NCBI RefSeq assembly: GCF_006345805.1
Contig: NW_021833012.1
Coordinates: 1 to 64,000 of the forward strand
Source: Octopus sinensis
Lineage: Eukaryota
Direction: 5' to 3'
DNA: 64,000 nucleotides
Below, piece after piece: positions 53,338 to 60,841 of the stretch; the stretch's first letter is position 1; every line of letters starts with the position of its first letter. The translations under genes were made by a program, and so were the position numbers. The notes beneath the pieces are model-generated. The model did not search any database, was not told the origin of the DNA, and worked only from the letters and a program-made list of their open reading frames with translations.

Positions 53338-56300
53338 GTTCAGGTCACTGCTTGGAATCAAACTCGGAATCTTAGGATTAGTAGTCCACGGGCATATGGC
53401 ATAGTGGTTAAGAGTGCAGGCTATTAACACCAAAATTCTCAGTTCGATTCCAAGCAGTGACCTGAACAACAACAACAACGATGACAACACCAACAACAAC
53501 AACAATAATAATTATAATAGTAATAATAACAACAACATCGAAAAATACTTTAGGAATGAGAACCCAGGTTTGAAATTTCCCCAAGAAACCTAATGAAAGC
53601 TGGAGGGTATATCAGCCGAAACGTTGTTAACAACAAACAAAATGAGGACAAATATCTGTCAAATGTTAATAATGTACATAATTCCTCCTCTCTTAAATAT
53701 AGAACTGAAAGAATATTTTCATTACAACTTAATGATTTCTTCCTGTAATAAGAAAATAATTTAATAAAATGTGAATTATCAATTACTAAACAATTATTTT
53801 TTCAGATATTGCGAAACTTGACTAGCATGGTAGACACTTGTCTAGGAACTGCTTCATGTCTTAGTGCAAAAAGCCTTGCATTTCCTATATTAGGAGCTGG
53901 AGTATTGAAATATCCCATTGAAAAACTACCTGGAACTATGTATGAAGCAGTCAAAGAGTCACCTCGAAAATACGATATCAAAGATGTTTACTTTGTTGTT
54001 TTCCCTAAAGACACAGAAATAGTAAAGGTTGGTTGACGTATTTGTTGTGCATTGTATCATGTTCCTCCTCCTCCTCATCATCATCATCATCACCATCATC
54101 ATCATCATTATCACCATCACCACCACCACCACCACCATCGTCATCATCATTTACTGGGGAGCTGCACCAGATTCCAATCTGATTTGGCATGGTTTCTATG
54201 GCTGGATTCCCTTCCTAACACCAACCACTCCAAGTGTGTAGTAGTGCTTTTTACGTGCCATTGGCATGGGTGCTAGCTACACAATACTGGCATCAACCAC
54301 ATCTATGAGCCCACTTGGTTTGACAGGTCTTCTTAAGCATGCTATATTACCAAAGCTCTCAGTCACTTGTCACTGTCTCTGTGAGGCCTAACTATGATTT
54401 CACTTGGCTTGATGAGGCATTTCAAACACAGCATATCGCCAAAGGTCTTGGTTACCTCTGTGAGGCTCAATGTTCTATGGTCATACTTCACCACCTCATC
54501 CCATGTCTTCCTGGGTCTGTCTCTTTCACAGGTTCCCTCCACTATTAGAGTGTGTGGCACTTCTTCACACAGCTGTCCTTGTCCATGTGTATCCCATGAC
54601 CATACCAGCACAGTCGTATCTCTTGCACACCACATCTGATGCTTCTTATGGTTAAGTTTTTTTCTCAAGATGTTTACACTCTGCCATGTATGCACACTGA
54701 CATTGCACATCTAGCAAAGCATACTGGCTTCATTTCTCTCAAGCCTACACATGTCCTTGGCTGTTATAGCCCATGTAGCATGGCTGTTCACACACAGGCT
54801 TCATAAATCTGCCTTTCACTGAGAGAGGCCCTTTGTTGCTTGCAGGGGTAAGGGCTCTCTGAACTTAGCCCAGCCTATTCGTATTCTCACGGCTATGCTC
54901 TCAGAGCTTCCACTCCCACTACCGACCTGGTCACCTAAGTAATGGATGTTATCAGCTACTTCTAGTTTACCCCGCTGGAATTTAACTCTACCTGTGATTC
55001 TGCCAGACACAAAAAACTGATTTTCCTGTTAAACTTCCTCTGATATTGATGCACCTCTTATGTGCCCCACAACGTGCATTGGGTACATTTTATGGAGTTT
55101 TTACCTACACCGTTTCTATAGATTGAGCAGAACCTGAAGGGGTTTGTGATTTGTCTGCTCTTCTACATGCTAAGACTTGGGTTCTTGCTAAAATCCTCTA
55201 AGGCCTTTGATTCAAGACTTTGCTCCCACACTTAAAATTTCTTCTCTAGTTCAGGTAGTGATTCAGCTATATGAAGAATGTCATCGGTATAGAGAAACTC
55301 CCAGGGGCAGCCCATTTTAAATTCCTCTGTTATTGCCTGGAGGTCTATGATGAACAAGAGGGAGCTGAGGACTGATCATTAGTGAACTCCTACTTTTACC
55401 CTGAATTCTTGGCTATACTTGTTTCTAACCTTCACCTTACCTATAGCATCCATGTACATGTCTTGTACAGCACTCACCAACCACTCATCTATCTTTAGCT
55501 TCTGCATTGACCACCAGATAAGGGAGTGGGGGACCCTGTCAAAGGCTTTCTCCATGTCAACAAAAGCCAGATACAGGGGTTTATCTTTGGCTTTCTATTT
55601 CTCCTAAATTGCCTAACTATGAATATAGCATCAGTTGTGCTCTTGCCTGACACAAATCCAAACTGTATCTCATCAGATTGTGTCGTATAGCCAGCTGGAG
55701 ACAATATCTCCTGGGACTAAATTACAGTAACATTAGTCCTAAACCAGGACTGACTACGAAATCCATACTTGTTGCAAAGTGTCCAATGGACAAGCCTGGC
55801 TATATTGTCATGGTGTCTCATATATTTCTTCTGGGCTAGTGGTGTACATTGGCTAGTAATATGCCATATGGTTTCACCGTTTTGTCCACAGATTCTGCAC
55901 TTATCACTTTTTGCTGTGTTGTCTATTCTGTATTTTATGTAGTTTGTTCTTAGTGCTTGCTCTTGGGCAGCACAGATTAGTGTCTCTGTTTTTGGTTTTA
56001 AATCACTTTTAGTCATCCACAGCCATCATTTTTCTCTGTCTGTCTTATCTTCAACATCCCTATGAAATTGACCATGCATTTTACTTTTTAACCCACCTAT
56101 TTTCAGTTTCATTCATTTTCAATTTTTTGTATAGTGCTTTATCTTTGCAATCTTTCATCCTACACAAGCCTGACCTTCTTACTTCTAATAATAGCAGTTC
56201 CATAGCATTGTTTACATACCATGCTATGTTGTTTTCTTCTGCTCTAATGCTGTGCTCGCATCCAATAAGTCCTCTTCCCCCTCTTTTTCTTGCTACATAC

Positions 56301-59300
56301 AGTCTGTCTGTGTCACTTTTTTGCATGGAGTGCCCCATATCTAGTTAGCAACTTCCTTGTCTCTCTGTCTAAGCTGTTTAGTTCGTCTACTGTCCATGCG
56401 ATTACTCCTGCTCCATATCTAAGGAGTGAAACTGCCCAGGTGTTGATAGCTGCAATCTTATTCTGTCCATTTAATTTCGACTTAAGGATCAGACTCAGTC
56501 TGTGCAAGTACTCCTCCCTAAATTTTTCTGTCATTTCTTTTTCCATCAATTTATCCATTTCCAAAATACCCAAGAACTTATAGCCCGTCTCTTCTATCTG
56601 CTTCATAACATCCCCTGATGGTATCGATAGCTCGTCCATACATTTGATTTTGCCTCACCTCAAGACTAACACACCACACTTTCTCAATCTGAACTCCATT
56701 CTGATATCAGCACTGAAATATACACCCTATCAACAAGGGAACTGACTTAGGCTTCATCTTTACCATAAAATTTGAGGTCATCCATGAATAACAAATGGTC
56801 GACATTTTGTTGGCGGCTTTTGGATACATACCCAGCCTTTGCTTTCCTAAGAATCAGTGTTAGTGGTATCAAGCACAGTACAAATATCAGTGGGGACAAG
56901 CAGTCCCCTTGGAAGATGCCCCTCCTAATTTCTACTGACCCTAAACTTCTTCTGTATGCTGTCAGGTCCATCCTCCAATTCGTCATACTTTCTCCAAACA
57001 ATCGCTCAACATTCGATGCAATACCAAATAGGTTCATACACTCCATAATCCAAGAATGTGGGATCATATCGTACGCCTTATGATATGGCTAAGTTACTTT
57101 TCCTCCTCTTGCAGTCTCTGAGCACAGTTTTATCTATCAGGAGTTGATCCTTGGTACCTCTGCACTTACGCTTGCAACCCTTCTGCTCATGTGGCAGGAC
57201 TCCATTTTTTGCCAGATGTTCATACATTGACTCTGCGAGTATTCCAGTCAATAATTCCCACATAAGTGGCAAACAGGATATCAGCCTGTAATTGTCTACT
57301 GTATTGCCTTTTTCAATGTTTTTCAGGCACAGCACTGTCCTACCAAATGTCAACCACTCTGGTATTACTTTGTCAGCATTTGACCAAGTGTTGAGTTGCG
57401 CAACTATTCGGGCATGACATTCACCAAAACTTTTGTTCCAGTAGATTTAAACCCCATCTGGTCCCGGTGCTTTCCAGTTGCTAATTTTTTTGCTGATTTC
57501 TTTCATTTCCCTAACTGAAATGACTAGTTCTGCCTATTTTGGACAGACTACTGTTTGTTTCAGTTCTTGCAGCCATTCAGCATCCTTCTTGCGCTCCTTG
57601 TCTTTGCTCCAGATGTCACCCGAAAACCTTTCACTTTAAATGTTATTTGGTCACGCTACAAGAAAAAGAAGATAATTTTGAACAACTGCTTCAAAATCTC
57701 CAGCTTCTATTTCAGGATTACAAATTTACATCAAGCCAAAGTATTTCAACACAAATATTCTTCTTTTGTTTTAATTAGTTTTGAAAATAACGAAGAATAA
57801 AGTAAATTAGCTTTGTCATTATTGAGCTGGTGTTTGGACACAACATGGAATCTTGATACCAAATTCAATTCCGTGAATAATTTTTTACAGTCACTTAAAC
57901 AAGCAAATTTCATTTCTTTTTATTCTGTAAGTAAAAATTCCTCCCCAAACTACAGAATATTCAAAAGCCTGTCCATCATAGGAAGTTATTCTATGATACA
58001 ATAAATGGAAATATTAATTTAAAACAATATTTGTGATAGAAACAATGAGTTAAAACATTGCATTGTAATTAGCAGAAATTAATTATTTTCTCATTGAGTA
58101 ATGATAAATTATTTGCTTACTTTTAACAGAAATTTAAAGAATATTTCCAACAAATGTCAGCAGATGGCTCAGCTGTAACATCAGGTAAATTGTTTCTTTT
58201 TTCTTATATTAAATATCATTTAGGAAGAAACTAGGGACAGTTTTTCTGATCACCATCATCATCATCATCATCATCATCATCATTATTATTGAGTTAGAGA
58301 GGAGCACATGCCATCAAATTGACATTGGGGTACAAATATATGAAGCCCAATAAATGGTATTAGTTTTTGATTCACCCTCGTATGTTTTTAAACATTTTGA
58401 ATTTGACATGTTTTGTACTCAACAATAACAACAAATCCAAAGAACAACACCTCTAAAATTATATTTAAAAAATAGGCAAATAAAGAAAAAAAGAGATATT
58501 TGTAGTTAAAAAAAAGATTTTTGAGAAGAAATCAAAGAAATCATCAGCATCGTTTAACATCTGGCATAGGTTGTGTCAGGACACAGAAAGGGTCTCAATT
58601 AAAATGCTAATAGTGAGAATAACAACAACTTCTAAATACGGACAAGTTTTGGTCTGAGAATGGGAAAAATTGTGTCACAAGTGATTTTGTTTCCTTATGA
58701 GAAAAACTTATTCAGGAGTGGTGGGCAAGGTAGAAGATAGTGTACCTCTACCTTACAAAAAGGAAAGGGCTTTCTGCATGCCCTTAAAACAATGACTAAA
58801 AGAGGCATTAGCCAATGTATGAAACAACATTTTATTCATTGACCAGAAGAAAGCTTATGCTGCCATTTGCCTGACCTTCAAGACCAATGGTGAGACATGA
58901 GAGCAGGTAGAAAGAGGGCAAAAAACATTCACTCATGGGCCCTTAATGCATTGCATTGTCAAATGGGACACAAAAGCGACAGCAATGACAGCATCAACAG
59001 TGACCTTGATCCCTCGTCTGTTGTCACCTTTATAGGGTTAGTAGAGAGTGCAAAGGTAACCTTACTCAGGAAGGGTCAGTATAAATTTATAAATCCTAAT
59101 GGGCCATGAAAACCTCAAGTCCATTCTAAGGCCATGACCCATGATGTGTTCAGAACACAAAGCAATAATTCTACTGCTGGAAGGCTGAGCCTCATGTCAC
59201 GCTTAACCGTAAAGACTACAATAATTAACTGTGACAACTTAAAACTAATTACCCAAATGATGTGGGGTACAACATGTCACATACAACCTTAGAAATACTT

Positions 59301-60809
59301 GTGGGTGCCTTTGGATGCACCAAGTTTCCAGAAGAGATGTGACAAGGAGACACAGTACAGACAAGAGAAACATATAAGGAGAATCCACCACCACCACCAC
59401 CACCACCCTCACACCCCAGATTCACTCAATTGAAGTTCACAGTTCTTTGTGAAACAAAAGAAGAACTGATGGAGCCATCATGTGCACCAAAAGAAGACAA
59501 AATTAAGCATCCGCAAGTTGAATGAAGAGGAGATGGACTCTGCTCTGATTTTGTGCAACACCCATACAAGAGAACACTAGCAAAAGAATCACATGAGCTA
59601 TCCATGAACCACTAATGTGCAATTTTGTAGAGGATGTGGAATATTTCATCCTTGGGATAATAGTAAATTTGTCCAGTTGTACCTTTGAATATATGTTTCT
59701 TTACTACCCGCAAGGGGCTAAACACAGAGAGGACAAACAAGGACAGACAAATGGTTTAAGTCGATTACATCGACCCCAGTGCGTAACTGGTACTTAATTT
59801 ATCAACCCCGAAAGGATGACAGGCAAAGTTGACCTCGGCTGAATTTGAACTCAGAATGTAACGGCAGACGAAATATGGCTACGCATTTCACCCAGCATGC
59901 TAACAGTTCTGCCAGAACACCACCTTATCTTTTTGTCCTGCACCTTTGAATATAGCAGTTTGAATGAGTGGCAGAAAGTCAATATTGTTGGGATATTCTG
60001 GTTCAACTTTCTGGTTCGACTTAGCTAAGTTGATTTCCCCCTCCACATGGGTTGCTTTCCTTAAATGCTTTCCAGGTCTTTGAATTAAATTATATTTTGC
60101 TTAAATTATTGTGTTTCATATATGTTTATATATTATTCCTTGTTTATGTTGAATTGTTATTGTGTTTGTTGCATAATGTGAAAGGGCCTCTGAGTCAACT
60201 TAGCAAAGACCAAAGTAGGCAAACAGACAGGACTGTAGTCGCTTCAATATATAGAAAAGGTGTATGTAGAAATTCCATACAGTGTACCTAGAGGTAGCAG
60301 ATTGCTTCTGCTCTTTAGGTAGATTAATTAGCAGTGGAGGTGGATGTACTGAAAGTATAGTTGCTAGAAAAAAAACCAGCTTGAGAATGTTCAGAGACCT
60401 TCTACTTCTGTTAGTAACAAAAGTCTGCACATATTTTATACCTGCTTAGTGCTACCAGTTATCCTTCTCTTGAAACCACTTCATTTGACATCCATTCATC
60501 ATTCTCAACAGCATCACTTCTGACATTATTTTCCACTGCATCAATATTTCTTGCACTTTCCATTGTGTTGTTGCCTTTATTGAACTCATAAAGCAAAATA
60601 TGGCGAATATGCTCCTTTGCCTCTGTCATTATAGCTTTGAAAAAATAACTGTTAAAATCGAACTGCACTCTTCAAAACTTGCACTAAGAATAAGTAAAAG
60701 GTAAAATTACTACCTGCTTTGATAGCAAGTTAATGCAGGTAGTTTATCCCATACCCCTCTAACTTTGGTTCATGCAAATGAAAGAAATCACATTACTTAT
60801 GGGATGATC

Positions 60810-60841
<32 letters not shown>

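Noticed and set aside
29940-54050. Duplication as an uncollapsed haplotype artefact
   Set aside because: Exon divergence of 11-23%, different intron insertions and an in-phase linking exon are incompatible with two alleles of one segment.
54005-54276. Poly-His, poly-Asp, poly-Asn and (YI)n ORFs (also 9182, 18354, 62991)
   Set aside because: These are translations of microsatellites and retroelement tails.
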